This document shows positions 53,842 to 62,984 of a DNA stretch of 64,000 nt, piece by piece; within the stretch, counting starts at the first letter, position 1, and the number at the start of each line of letters is the position of its first letter. Made by a program: the position numbers and the translations under genes. The notes under the pieces are model-generated. The model made no database searches. It had not been told where the DNA came from and saw only the letters and a list, made by a program, of their open reading frames with translations. Origin of the DNA: an uncultured Thermoplasmata archaeon (GTDB taxonomy: Archaea; Thermoplasmatota; Thermoplasmata; Lutacidiplasmatales; UBA184); assembly GCA_963804505.1 (NCBI GenBank), contig CAWDQP010000007.1:132826-196825 (forward strand), in the 5' to 3' direction.

Positions 53842-54180
53842 GTGCTCTCGCCCCGGGAGTCGCTCCTCTTCGAGGCAGGGATCAAGCTCGGGGGAGTTTT
53901 TCACCAGTACATCGGGATCCCGGTCTCGCCGAGCACCGCGCCGGCGCTGGCCCGCGCGATCGAGGCCGCGGTCTCCCTGCAGCCGTTCGTCCGCACCGTC
54001 CGGGTCGTTGTCCGACCGGATCGCGGCCCTCCGCTCGGCCGGGGCCGCTTCGCCTACCGCTACCTCGCGCCGGAGATGCTCGAGGTCACCGTCGTCCTGA
54101 CCGACGGTTCCGTGGAGGTCGAGGCGCGGCTGGAACACCGACCGGACCTTCGCTACTCGCTGATGAGCGTGGTCCGGGTG
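53842..54180 (+). CDS. Archaeal dihydroneopterin aldolase (MptD-like, PF04038-type); stop unresolved
   Basis: ORF 53842..54906, first 113 aa: LLFEAGIKLGGVFHQYIGIPVS...LQPFV...RFAYRYL...RYSLMSVV. Beyond 54180 the ORF just reads antisense through citrate synthase. Confidence 0.6.
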
Positions 54181-54233
54181 GCCCCTCGTGCCCGCCGACG
54201 TACCCCCGCGCGGCACGGCCGGCGGAGCCCAAC

Positions 54234-55371
54234 CTACGTCGCGCTGGTCGATCGGGACGTACGTCAGGTCGGTCGCCCCAACGTACTTCGCCGTGGGGCG
54301 GATGAGCCGCAGGTCGTCGTACTCCTCGAGGACATGAGCGGTCCAACCCGCGACCCGGCTCGAGGCGAAGAGCGGGGTGAACAGGTCGGGCGGGATGCCG
54401 AGCAGCGCGCAGACGGATCCCGAGTAGAGGTCGACGTTGGGGTAGAGGCCCTTCTCGCGGTGCACGACCTCCTCGACCTTCCTCAAAAGGGTGTAGTAGA
54501 GCAGGTTCCCCCTCTCCTCGCCGACCTTGTGGGACCAGTCCCGGAGGATCGTCGCCCGAGGGTCCTCGACCTTGTAGACGCGGTGGCCGAACCCCATGAT
54601 CCTCTCGTGGCGGGCGAGCTTCGCCTTCACGACCTCTTCCGCGCGCTCCGGGGTCCCGATCTCCGCGAGAAGCTCCATGACCCGTTCGTTGGCGCCGCCG
54701 TGGAGGGGTCCCTTGAGGGTCCCGATCGCGCTCGTGACCGCGCTGTAGAGATCGCTCAGGGTCGACGCGGTGACGCGGGCGGCGAACGTCGACGCGTTGA
54801 GCTCGTGGTCCGCGTGGAGGATGAGCATGACGTCCATCGCGCGGGCATCGAGCTCGCTCGGTTCCCGGCCGAAGAGCGCGTAGAGGGTGTAGGCGGCCTG
54901 GGATAGGTCGGGGCGGGGCGCGATCGGGCCGCCTTTGGAGCGCCGGCGAAGGATCCGGCCAAGGATCGTCGGAAGAACCGCGGTGAGTCGTTGGGCCCCG
55001 CCGATCGAGCTGGCGCCCGGTTTCGTCTCCTCCGGCTCGAGCAGCGCCAGGGCGCTGACGGCCGTGCGCAGGATGTCCATGGGGAGGGCCTCGTGCGGGA
55101 GGGAGTCGATGGTCTCGGCGAGCGCATCGGGAAGGACACGCAGCTCCGCCATCCGGTGCTTGAGCTCGAACAGCTGGCTCGTGTTGGGGAGCCGGCTGTA
55201 CCAGAGGAGGTAGGCGACCTCCTCGAAGGTGGAGCGGGCTGCGAGGTCCCGGATGTCGTAACCCCGGTAGATGAGGCGACCCTCCTTCCCGTCGATGAAG
55301 CAGATCCGGGACTCGAGGGCGACCACGTCCTCGAGGCCGCGGTGGACGTCCGACGGCTCGGTGGGCCCCAC
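54234..55371 (-). CDS. gltA: Citrate synthase; natural stop apparently lost (ORF reads on to 53542)
   Basis: ORF 53542..55371: GLEDVVALESRICFIDG, HADHELNAST, GPLHGGANE, MGFGHRVYK, with the family-typical end ...YVPIDQR. A TAG at 54234-54236 is one frame off. Confidence 0.92.
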
Positions 55372-55392
55372 GGGAGAGGCACCGTGGGGGGA

Positions 55393-56788
55393 TTAATGGG
55401 CTTTCGCGGCCGGCTCCGTCACCGCGGAGCGGTCCCCGCCGACCGTGCTCGGCCCCGAGGGCGAGCGCCGGCGGCGGGCGTACGCCACGGACGCGGCGGC
55501 CCAGAGCGGGAGCGAGGCGAGGAGGATCCCGCCCGATACGAGGAACACGAGCCGGAAGCTCCCGAAGACCGAGAGGATCGCCGCGAGTCCGGCCCCCGCC
55601 ACGGCGGCGCCCCCACCCAGGGCGCTGTTGACGCCGAGGAGACTCCCGGCGTCCCGTCCGGCGAGCCCTCGGAACAGCATGAGCGAACTGGCCGTCGTGT
55701 ACACCGCGATCGCGCCCCCGAGGACCGCGTAGATGATCAGGTTCCCGCCGAACGACGCCGCCCCGGGTGAGCGCGTACAACGTGAACCCTGCGGTGACCA
55801 GATACCCCAGCGCCCGCGCGTAGGTCGCACGTTGGACGAGTCGGTCGGCGCCGATGCGGTTGGCGAGTCCCCCCGTGAGCGGGAAGACCATCGTTTGCGC
55901 GAGGTTGTTCGAGAGGTTCACGAGGAAGATCGACGCCGCGGCGAGCCCGGCGGCGTAGAGGTACGGCGTGTAGGAGATGTTGAACAGGTTCGCCGAGAGG
56001 TTGAACAGGAACGAGGCGACCATGATCAACGGGAGCTCGTGGTGAAGCTCCTCGCGGGCCCAGCGCCGGAACCTCGCGATCGGGGCGGGCCGAAGCCTCG
56101 GCCGGTGCGGGAAGAACGGAATGGCGAGCTGGAACGAGAGCACCGGCCTCAGGCGCGAGAACAGGCTTTCGGGGTGGCGCGCGACGCTCGCGGTCGTGAG
56201 GGTGCGGGGAGCGTCCTTGATGCCGAACCAGACCGCGACCGCGCTCGCGAGCGCGAGGCCCGCAAGCACGTAGAGGAGCGTGAGGAGCGCGTCGTTCGCG
56301 AGCGTCCAGAAGTAGCCGATGAGAAGACCGACCACCGAGCCGATCATGCTCATCTCCTGGAACGACGCGAACGCGTTGGCGCGCTCGGACTCGGTGAACT
56401 TCTCGAGGATGAGGAGGTTCGACGCGCTCGCGCCCGCCGGTGCGATGGCGCCGATCACCGCGTAGACGGCGTACAGCTCCACGACCGACCCGAGGTGGGT
56501 CAGCAGAGCGTAGAGACCGGCGTAGCCGGCGTAGTTGATCACGAGGAACGTCCGTCGGATCGGGTAGCGGTCGGCGAGGTGGCCCCAGACGACCGACGAC
56601 AGGATCACGGCGGCGTTGAAGAGCGTCGCCGCGATCGCGACGTCCCCCCACGAGTCGTGGAGCGTGATCAAGATGAGCAGCGGAAGGACGACGCCGAATC
56701 CGGCCGTAGCCGCGTTGATCGGAACGAACCCCAGGAGCCACGGCCGCGCCAGGAGCCGGCCGGGCCAGGTTCGGAACGGGACTCTCAT
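55393..56788 (-). CDS. MFS transporter, 1 apparent frameshift
   Basis: The N-terminal ~340 aa of ORF 54086..56788 (GHLADRYPIRR..., many TMs) joins ORF 55393..55830 near 55765. Confidence 0.85.
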
Positions 56789-56948
56789 TCGGACGGCCCG
56801 GACCTAGGTGCGGCTTACTTAAGCGGGCATGATTCCACTCGCTGCCGGGCGAGCGTCGGAGCGATCCGGTCGCCGGGAGAACGCTCGCTTCTCGACACGC
56901 TTATTAAGGGCGGACCGTGTCGCCGGCTGTCGAGAGGGTGCGGCGCGC

Positions 56949-57182
56949 TTGGCGATCGGTTTCGTCCTGATCAGCACGGCCCCGGCCAAGGAGCACGAAG
57001 TGTACACCGAGCTCCTCCGGGTCAAGGGGATCGTGGAGCTCCATCCGCTGTTCGGGGAGTACGACCTGATCGCGAAGGTCGAGGCCGAGGACTTCAATGC
57101 GCTCGGACTCCTGGTCGTCGACAAGATCCGGTCGGTCCCCGGTGTCATCGACACGAAGACCCTTACGGGCATCAAGTTCTGA
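56949..57182 (+). CDS. Stand-alone Lrp/AsnC ligand-binding (RAM) domain protein; start uncertain
   Basis: 3' part of ORF 56829..57182: AIGFVLISTAPAKEHEVYTELLRVKGIVELHPLFGEYDLIAKVEAEDFNALGLLVVDKIRSVPGV. Start is TTG 56949 or ATG 56829. Confidence 0.7.
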   Translation: MAIGFVLISTAPAKEHEVYTELLRVKGIVELHPLFGEYDLIAKVEAEDFNALGLLVVDKIRSVPGVIDTKTLTGIKF

Positions 57183-57192
57183 AGAGAAGCAA

Positions 57193-57522
57193 ATGTTCGA
57201 AATCGCAGGGACCTCGTTGAACGTCGGCGGCTGGCAATTCCTCGCGATCCTCCTGCTCGTCTTCTCGCTGTTCCTGATCCTGGCAGGGATATTCACCGCC
57301 TACTTCGGGAGCGGCAAGAGCCGGATGGTCGGGGTGGGGCTCCTGGTCGCGGGCCTCGTCGTCGGGCTGCTCGTGGGGTATGCGTACTCCGCCGGCTGGC
57401 TCGGCGTGGGCAAGGGGCACCTCGGTACCCTGATCTGGGAGTCGTTCCTCATCATCCTGGCGGCCGTCATCGGCGCTCTGGTCGCGGTCGGGATCTTCCT
57501 GGTCGCGATCATGAAGTCGTAG
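57193..57522 (+). CDS. Small membrane protein (3-4 TM)
   Basis: Internal ATG of ORF 57097..57522: MFEIAGTSLNVGGWQFLAILLLVFSLFLILAGIF... Confidence 0.6.
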   Translation: MFEIAGTSLNVGGWQFLAILLLVFSLFLILAGIFTAYFGSGKSRMVGVGLLVAGLVVGLLVGYAYSAGWLGVGKGHLGTLIWESFLIILAAVIGALVAVGIFLVAIMKS

Positions 57523-57550
57523 TCGGCGTTCGTCGACCGCGGAGCGCGCC

Positions 57551-58377
57551 ATGGCGCCCCGACGGCGCCGTTCCGCCCCTCGCCTCGTCACGCTCTCGAG
57601 CGACCTGGGGGCGGCGTACGCCGCACAGATGAAGGCGGTGTTCGCCCGGTCGATCGACCCTGGCCGGGTCGTCGACCTGGTGCACGAGCTTCCGCCGCAT
57701 GCGGTCGCGGAGGCGGCCTTCGTGGTCCGGGCGATCGCCCGCGGCTTTCCCCGGGCTCGATCCACGTCGTCGTGGTCGATCCCGGAGGCGGAGGAGACCG
57801 GGCGCCGATCGTGATCCGGTGCCGGGACCGATCCGTGCTCGTCGGCCCGGACAACGGGGTCCTACTCCCCCTCGCGGAGGCGTTGGGCGGAGCCACCGCC
57901 GCGTTCCGGATCGTTGTCGCCTGGACCGGAGCCATCGGGCGGGTCGGCACCACGTTCGACGGCCGTGACGTGTTCGCTCCGGCCGCCGTTCGACTCGCGC
58001 AGGGGACCGCACCGTCCCAATTGGGGCCCCGATTCCGCCCGAAGCCGTACCGGATCCCCGCCCCCTCGCGGTCACCGGCCGGGGCGCGGGGCGAGGTCGT
58101 CCACGTCGACCGATTCGGCAACCTCATCACGAACGTGCCGACCGGGTGGCTTTCGGCCGGGACGGGACGGATCCGCCTGACCGTCGGGCGACGCGCTCGA
58201 ACCGTCCCCCGCGTCGAGAGCTACGAGGCCCTCGGTCCGGGCGGGGTGGGTGTTCTCGGGTCGAGCTTCGGGACCCTCGAGGTCGCGGCGCGCGAGGCGA
58301 GCGCCGCGCGCGGCTCCGGGCCCGGGCGGGAACTACGGTCTCCTTCCGCCGGGAACGCGCGGCCCGGCGACCACTGA
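57551..58377 (+). CDS. SAM hydrolase / SAM-dependent halogenase family protein (DUF62), at least 1 apparent frameshift
   Basis: LVTLSSDLGAAYAAQMKAVF...VDLVHELPPH (ORF 57551..57814) joins VVVDPGGGGDR...VGPDNGVL...FDGRDVFAP...VHVDRFGNLITN (ORF 57772..58377) near 57755. The C-terminus may shift again and end at 58385. Confidence 0.85.
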
Positions 58378-58434
58378 AACGGTAAGTAGCCACCGAACCT
58401 AGATGCATCGAGGGGAAGCCCTTCCACCGGATCG

Positions 58435-59583
58435 ATGGCGAAACGCGACTACTACGAGGTCCTCGGGATCCCGAAGAGCGCCAGCCCCGACGAGGTGAAG
58501 TCCGCCTACCGTCGGCTCGCGCGGCAGCACCATCCGGACGTCTCGAAGGATAACAAGAAGATCGCCGAGGAGAAGTTCAAGGAGATCTCCGAGGCGTACG
58601 AGGTCCTCGCGGACGACGAGAAGCGCCGACGCTACGACCAGATGGGCTTCCCGGGCGTCGAGTCCGACTTCGGCCCCGGAGGGTTCACGTGGCAGAACTT
58701 CACGCATGTCGGGGACCTCGAGGACCTCCTCGGATCCTCCCCGATCTTCCGCCAGTTCTTCGGGGGGATGGGCGGGCCGTTCGGCGGCGTCGGGCGGCGG
58801 GCAGAACGAAGGGGCCAGGACGTCGAGCTGACGCTTCGACTGCCCCTTACGGCCGCGGTCACGGGGGCCCATCCGACCGTGGAGGTGCCGCGGACCGCTC
58901 CGTGCGTCGACTGCCACGGGACCGGCGCGAAGAACGGCACGGCCCTCGAGACCTGCCCCGAATGCGGCGGCCAGGGCCAGGTCCGGCACGTGCAGAACCG
59001 AGGCTTCGCCCAGTTCATCTCGATCGGGGAGTGTCCCCGCTGCCACGGCACGGGCCGGCAGATCCTCGAGAAGTGCCCGACATGCGGCGGCGCCGGCCTC
59101 ACCCGATCGACCGTGAAGATCGAGCTGAACGTTCCGCCGGGAATCGAGGACGGCGCGGTGCTCCGCGTGCCCGGTCACGGCATGGGCGGCCGCTCCGGCA
59201 GCCGCTCCGGCGACCTCTACGTCCAGGTCCTGCTCGAGGCGTCTCCGTACCTCCGGCGCGAGGGACCGGACGCGTTCTCCGAGGCGAGCGTGCCGCTCGC
59301 GACGGCGCTCCTCGGCGGCGAGATCACGATCCCGACCATCGAGGCCCACGCCTCGCTCAAGATCCCAGCCGGCACCCAGCCCGAGACCCAGTTCCGCCTG
59401 CGCGGCAAGGGGTTCCCCCGGCTCCCGGGGTCCGGGCGCGGCGACCTGATCGTCACGATCCACGTGGAGATCCCGCGCTCGCTCGGCTCGCACGAACGCG
59501 AGCTCGTGCGCGAAGCGTTCGGCACACCGGTCGCGGCTCCGACCGGTCGGCGCGAGTCGCTCTTCCGCCGGCGGTCGACGTGA
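58435..59583 (+). CDS. dnaJ: Molecular chaperone DnaJ (type I, J domain + G/F + CxxCxGxG x4)
   Basis: Intact 382-aa ORF: DYYEVLGIPKSASPDEVKSAYRRLARQHHPD, CVDCHGTG, CPECGGQG, CPRCHGTG, and CPTCGGAG. Confidence 0.96.
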   Translation: MAKRDYYEVLGIPKSASPDEVKSAYRRLARQHHPDVSKDNKKIAEEKFKEISEAYEVLADDEKRRRYDQMGFPGVESDFGPGGFTWQNFTHVGDLEDLLGSSPIFRQFFGGMGGPFGGVGRRAERRGQDVELTLRLPLTAAVTGAHPTVEVPRTAPCVDCHGTGAKNGTALETCPECGGQGQVRHVQNRGFAQFISIGECPRCHGTGRQILEKCPTCGGAGLTRSTVKIELNVPPGIEDGAVLRVPGHGMGGRSGSRSGDLYVQVLLEASPYLRREGPDAFSEASVPLATALLGGEITIPTIEAHASLKIPAGTQPETQFRLRGKGFPRLPGSGRGDLIVTIHVEIPRSLGSHERELVREAFGTPVAAPTGRRESLFRRRST

Positions 59584-60383
59584 GCGAGGAGGACGGGGGA
59601 CCCGTCGCCGAGCAGTACCTCTCCGAACGGCCCCGGTCCGCGCCCGTCCGGCGCGAGCTCAAGTTCCTCTACCGCGGCGAGCTCGTCTCGTTCCGCGTGG
59701 ACGCGGGCGTGTTCGCCTCCCACGGGCTCGACCCCGGGACCGCGCTCCTCATCGAGAACCTCGCCGTGCGCCCGACCGACCGGGTCCTCGACCTGGGGTG
59801 CGGCTGGGGACCCGTCGGGGTCGCGGCGGCGAAGGCCGCGCGGGACGGCCGCGTCACGCTCACCGAGGTCAACCACCGGGCCGCGAGGCTTGCGCGCGAG
59901 AACCTCGCGCGCAACCGGGTCCGCAACGCCGAGGTCCGGATCGGGCGGCTCTTCGAGCCGGTCGCGGACGATGCGTTCGACGTCATCGCCACGAACCCGC
60001 CCTACCGGGCGGGACGCGAACTGGTCCTCGACATCCTACGCGGCGCGCCCGACCATCTCGCCCCCGGCGGGCGGCTCGTCCTCGTCGGCAAGGGGAGCCA
60101 GGGCATCCTGTACTACCAGGAGTGGCTCCGGTCGAACTGGGCCGGCTCGGTGGAGGTTCTCGCGCGCGGCTCCGGCTACCGGGTCCTGGAGGCCCGTCAG
60201 GCGGGGGTTCCCGTACGGGAGAGCGTCACGGCCCCGGATCGCCCTCAGAAGGAGCCCGATTCCTCCGAAGCCGTTAAAAGCGAAAGGATTCTCGGCGGCC
60301 GCCCCACCATTCGAGGGGACGGACGGCCGGCTCGGTCTCTCGTTCGGTCCGATCGAACGGGGGTGCCCAGAACAGGGGAGTGA
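59580..60383 (+). CDS. Class I SAM-dependent methyltransferase with MTS domain and NPPY motif (RsmC/RlmG-like); 3' end doubtful
   Basis: The GTG at 59580 overlaps the dnaJ stop (GTGA). VLDLGCGWGPVGVAAA, FDVIATNPPY. The last ~60 aa have poor composition and contain a TATA-like GTTAAAAG at 60273-60280. Confidence 0.8.
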   Translation: MSEEDGGPVAEQYLSERPRSAPVRRELKFLYRGELVSFRVDAGVFASHGLDPGTALLIENLAVRPTDRVLDLGCGWGPVGVAAAKAARDGRVTLTEVNHRAARLARENLARNRVRNAEVRIGRLFEPVADDAFDVIATNPPYRAGRELVLDILRGAPDHLAPGGRLVLVGKGSQGILYYQEWLRSNWAGSVEVLARGSGYRVLEARQAGVPVRESVTAPDRPQKEPDSSEAVKSERILGGRPTIRGDGRPARSLVRSDRTGVPRTGE

Positions 60384-61156
60384 GGGTCGCGCCCAAAGAC
60401 ACGAAGGAGCCGAAAGACGCTCCGAAGGACGCCGCGGCGGACGCCGGCCCGGCGGAAACCACTCCCAAAAAGGCGACCAAGAAGGAGAAGACCGGCGACG
60501 CCAAGGCGAAGGACGCCAAGGAGCCCAAGGAAGGGGGCAAGTCGAAGGCCAAGGCCGGTCCCCCGACGAAGGCTCCCAAGTTCGTCTCGACCAACCCCAA
60601 CTTCCGCTACATCGTGCGAGTCGCGAACTCGGACCTCGACGGTACGCGTCCGACCGCGCTCGCGCTCACGACCGTTCCCGGCGTCGGGCTCCGCATCGCG
60701 GAAACCGCCTGCCACCTCGCGCACGTCGACCCGGGCGAGCGGATCGGGGAGCTCCCCGAGCCGACCGTCGAAGGGATCGAATCCACCCTCACCTCCCTCA
60801 GCGCCAAGGTCCCTGCCTGGATGGTCAACCACCGGACCGAGCCGCTCCTCGGAACCACGATCCACTACGTCGGCGTGGACCTCGACACGCGTCGGCGCGA
60901 CGATGTCAACCAGATGCGCATGATCCGAAGCTACCGCGGAGTCCGCCACGAGCGCGGCCAGAAGGTTCGCGGCCAGCGGACCCGGTCGAACGGCCGCACC
61001 GGCATGGCGGCCGGCGTCCTCAAGAAGACCGCGAAGGAAGCGGCGGCCGCCGCGGCCAAGGAAGAGTCCGGCGGCGCCGGGAAACCCGCCGCGGCGCCCG
61101 CCGCCGCGGCCGCCGCCCCGGCGAAGCCCGCGGCCGGTGCCGCGAAGAAGGAGTGA
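60380..61156 (+). CDS. rps13: 30S ribosomal protein S13 with K/A/P/E-rich N- and C-terminal extensions
   Basis: 258-aa ORF. Conserved core [33 protein letters not shown]...[25 protein letters not shown], flanked by ~70 aa ([12 protein letters not shown]...[14 protein letters not shown]) and ~45 aa ([14 protein letters not shown]...AAKKE). No in-frame start closer to the core. Confidence 0.88.
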   Translation: MRVAPKDTKEPKDAPKDAAADAGPAETTPKKATKKEKTGDAKAKDAKEPKEGGKSKAKAGPPTKAPKFVSTNPNFRYIVRVANSDLDGTRPTALALTTVPGVGLRIAETACHLAHVDPGERIGELPEPTVEGIESTLTSLSAKVPAWMVNHRTEPLLGTTIHYVGVDLDTRRRDDVNQMRMIRSYRGVRHERGQKVRGQRTRSNGRTGMAAGVLKKTAKEAAAAAAKEESGGAGKPAAAPAAAAAAPAKPAAGAAKKE

Positions 61157-61161
61157 GCACC

Positions 61162-61749
61162 GTGGGCGATCCGAAGTTCCTCCGACGCCTCTACGACACG
61201 CCGAAGCACCCGTGGGAGGCGAGCCGCATGGAGGAGGAGCGCAAGCTCCTCGACCGATACGGCCTCAAGAACAAGCGCGAGCTCTGGAAGGCCCAGTCGA
61301 TCCTCCGGGGCTTCCGTCAGCAGGCGCGCGAGCTGCAGGCGAAGCTGCGCGCCGGAGAGCCCCAGGCCCGTCGCGAGACCGAACAGCTGCTCGGACGGCT
61401 CGCACGGCTGGGCGTCCTGCCGGTCGGGGCCCCGTCGCTGGACGACGTGCTGGCGCTCACGACCGAGGACGTCCTGAAGCGGCGGCTCCAATGGATCGCG
61501 TTCACCCGCGGGCTCGCCCCGACCGTCAAGGGCGCGCGCAAGTGGATCGTCCACGGCCACTTTGCGATCGGCGACCACCGGGTCACGCGCCCCGGCTACC
61601 TCGTGCCGTTCGCGGACGAGGCCCGGCTCGCCTTCTCCCCCACGAGCCCCCTCTCGAACGAGGACCACGCCGTGCGGGTCCTGATGCGCGAGCGCGCCGA
61701 GAACCGCTCCGCGCCCGCCGCCCCGGTGCCCACGCCGGAAGAGGGGTAG
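61162..61749 (+). CDS. rps4: 30S ribosomal protein S4
   Basis: The GTG at 61162 lies in the frame of ORF 59890..61749: [44 protein letters not shown]...RRLQWIAF...[11 protein letters not shown]. Confidence 0.93.
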   Translation: MGDPKFLRRLYDTPKHPWEASRMEEERKLLDRYGLKNKRELWKAQSILRGFRQQARELQAKLRAGEPQARRETEQLLGRLARLGVLPVGAPSLDDVLALTTEDVLKRRLQWIAFTRGLAPTVKGARKWIVHGHFAIGDHRVTRPGYLVPFADEARLAFSPTSPLSNEDHAVRVLMRERAENRSAPAAPVPTPEEG

Positions 61750-61752
61750 GCC

Positions 61753-62135
61753 ATGGCGAAAATAGGCATCGCGCACATTTTCGCGAGCTACAACAACATC
61801 CACATCACGGTCACCGACATCACCGGCGCCGAGACCCTGGCGAAGGCGACCGGCGGGATGGTCGTGAAAGCCGCCCGGGACGAGTCGAGCCCGTACGCGG
61901 CCATGAAGGCGGCCGACCAGGTCGCCGCGCTCATCAAGGAGAAGGGGTACGACACTCTGCACGTTCGCGTTCGTGCGCCGGGCGGGAACCGCTCGCGCTC
62001 GCCGGGGCCGGAGCCCAGGCCGCCATCCGCGCGCTCGCCCGCGCCGGCGTGAAGATCCAGCGGATCGAGGACGTCACCCCCGTGCCGCACGACGGGACCA
62101 AGCCGAAGGGCGGCCGCCGTGGCCGGAGGGTGTAG
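61753..62135 (+). CDS. rps11: 30S ribosomal protein S11, 1 apparent frameshift
   Basis: [27 protein letters not shown]... (ORF 61753..62052) continues as [41 protein letters not shown] in the frame ending at 62135. It is repairable by one C in the C run near 62008. Confidence 0.93.
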
Positions 62136-62137
62136 AC

Positions 62138-62984
62138 GTGCCCGCGACGATCGAGGTGCTGAAGCCCCGCCAGGCCTGGCTCGAGATCGAGGGCGCCTCC
62201 GCCTCCCAGGTGAACGCCATCCGACGCACGCTCCTCGCCGACCTGCCGCGGCTCGCGATCGACGAGGTCGAATTCCACCTCGGACCGATCCGGGACGAAG
62301 CGACCGGCAAGGACTACGATTCGTCCACCAGCATGTTCGACGAAGGGGTCGCGCTGCGGCTCGGTCTCCTTCCGATCCCCACCGACCTCTCGCAGTTCCG
62401 CCGCAAGTCCGAGTGCACGTGCAACGGGGCCGGCTGCCCCCACTGCCAGGTGATGTACTCGGTCGACCGCAAGGGCCCGTGCACCGTCTACGCGAAGGAC
62501 GTCGTGCCGCTCGCCGACCCGACCCTCGCGATCCTCGAGCCCGACGTGCCGATCGTGCGGCTGGGCGCCCGCCAGGCGCTCCTCGCCTACGCGACCGCGG
62601 TCGTCGGCTCGGCGCGCGACCACGGGAAGTGGCAGGTCGCGCACGGGGTCGCCTCGTTCCCGCGACCGCACGTGAAGATCGCGAAGAAGGAAGGATGCAC
62701 CGAGGCGTGCCTCAAGCGGACCGCGGCCGTCGTGCCCGGTGAACATCCTCGAGTTCTCCGGCGGCAAGCTCGGCGTCACGGACGAGACAAAGTGCATCGA
62801 TTGCGGCGCGTGCGAGAAGACGTGCGAGCACGGCTCGATCAAGATCGAGCCCGACACCGAACGGTTCTTCCTCCGGTTCGAGACGGACGGCTCCCTCACG
62901 GCGCGCGAGGCGCTCCGCTACGCGCTCAAGGACCTGAAGCGCCGGTTCGAGGAGATGCGCGAGGCGATCCAGGGGATCCCGTAG
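62138..62984 (+). CDS. rpoD: DNA-directed RNA polymerase subunit D (with Fe-S-cluster-type Cys insert), 1 apparent frameshift
   Basis: The GTG at 62138 lies in the frame of ORF 61973..63364 (IEVL...ASASQVNAIRRTLLADLPRLAIDEVEF..., CxC..CxxC). It shifts near 62730 into ORF 62739..62984 (NILEF...CIDCGACEKTCEHGSI...FETDGSLTAREAL). Confidence 0.9.

Noticed and set aside
52110-53885. 591-aa minus-strand ORF
   Set aside because: It is antisense to the S10/psd/pssA genes, with Arg-rich shadow composition.
54086-56788. 900-aa ORF suggesting an MFS-enzyme fusion
   Set aside because: Only the first ~340 aa are MFS-like. After the frameshift near 55765 the ORF is out of frame over the remaining MFS C-terminal portion and then, beyond 55393, reads through citrate synthase in the wrong frame on the same strand.
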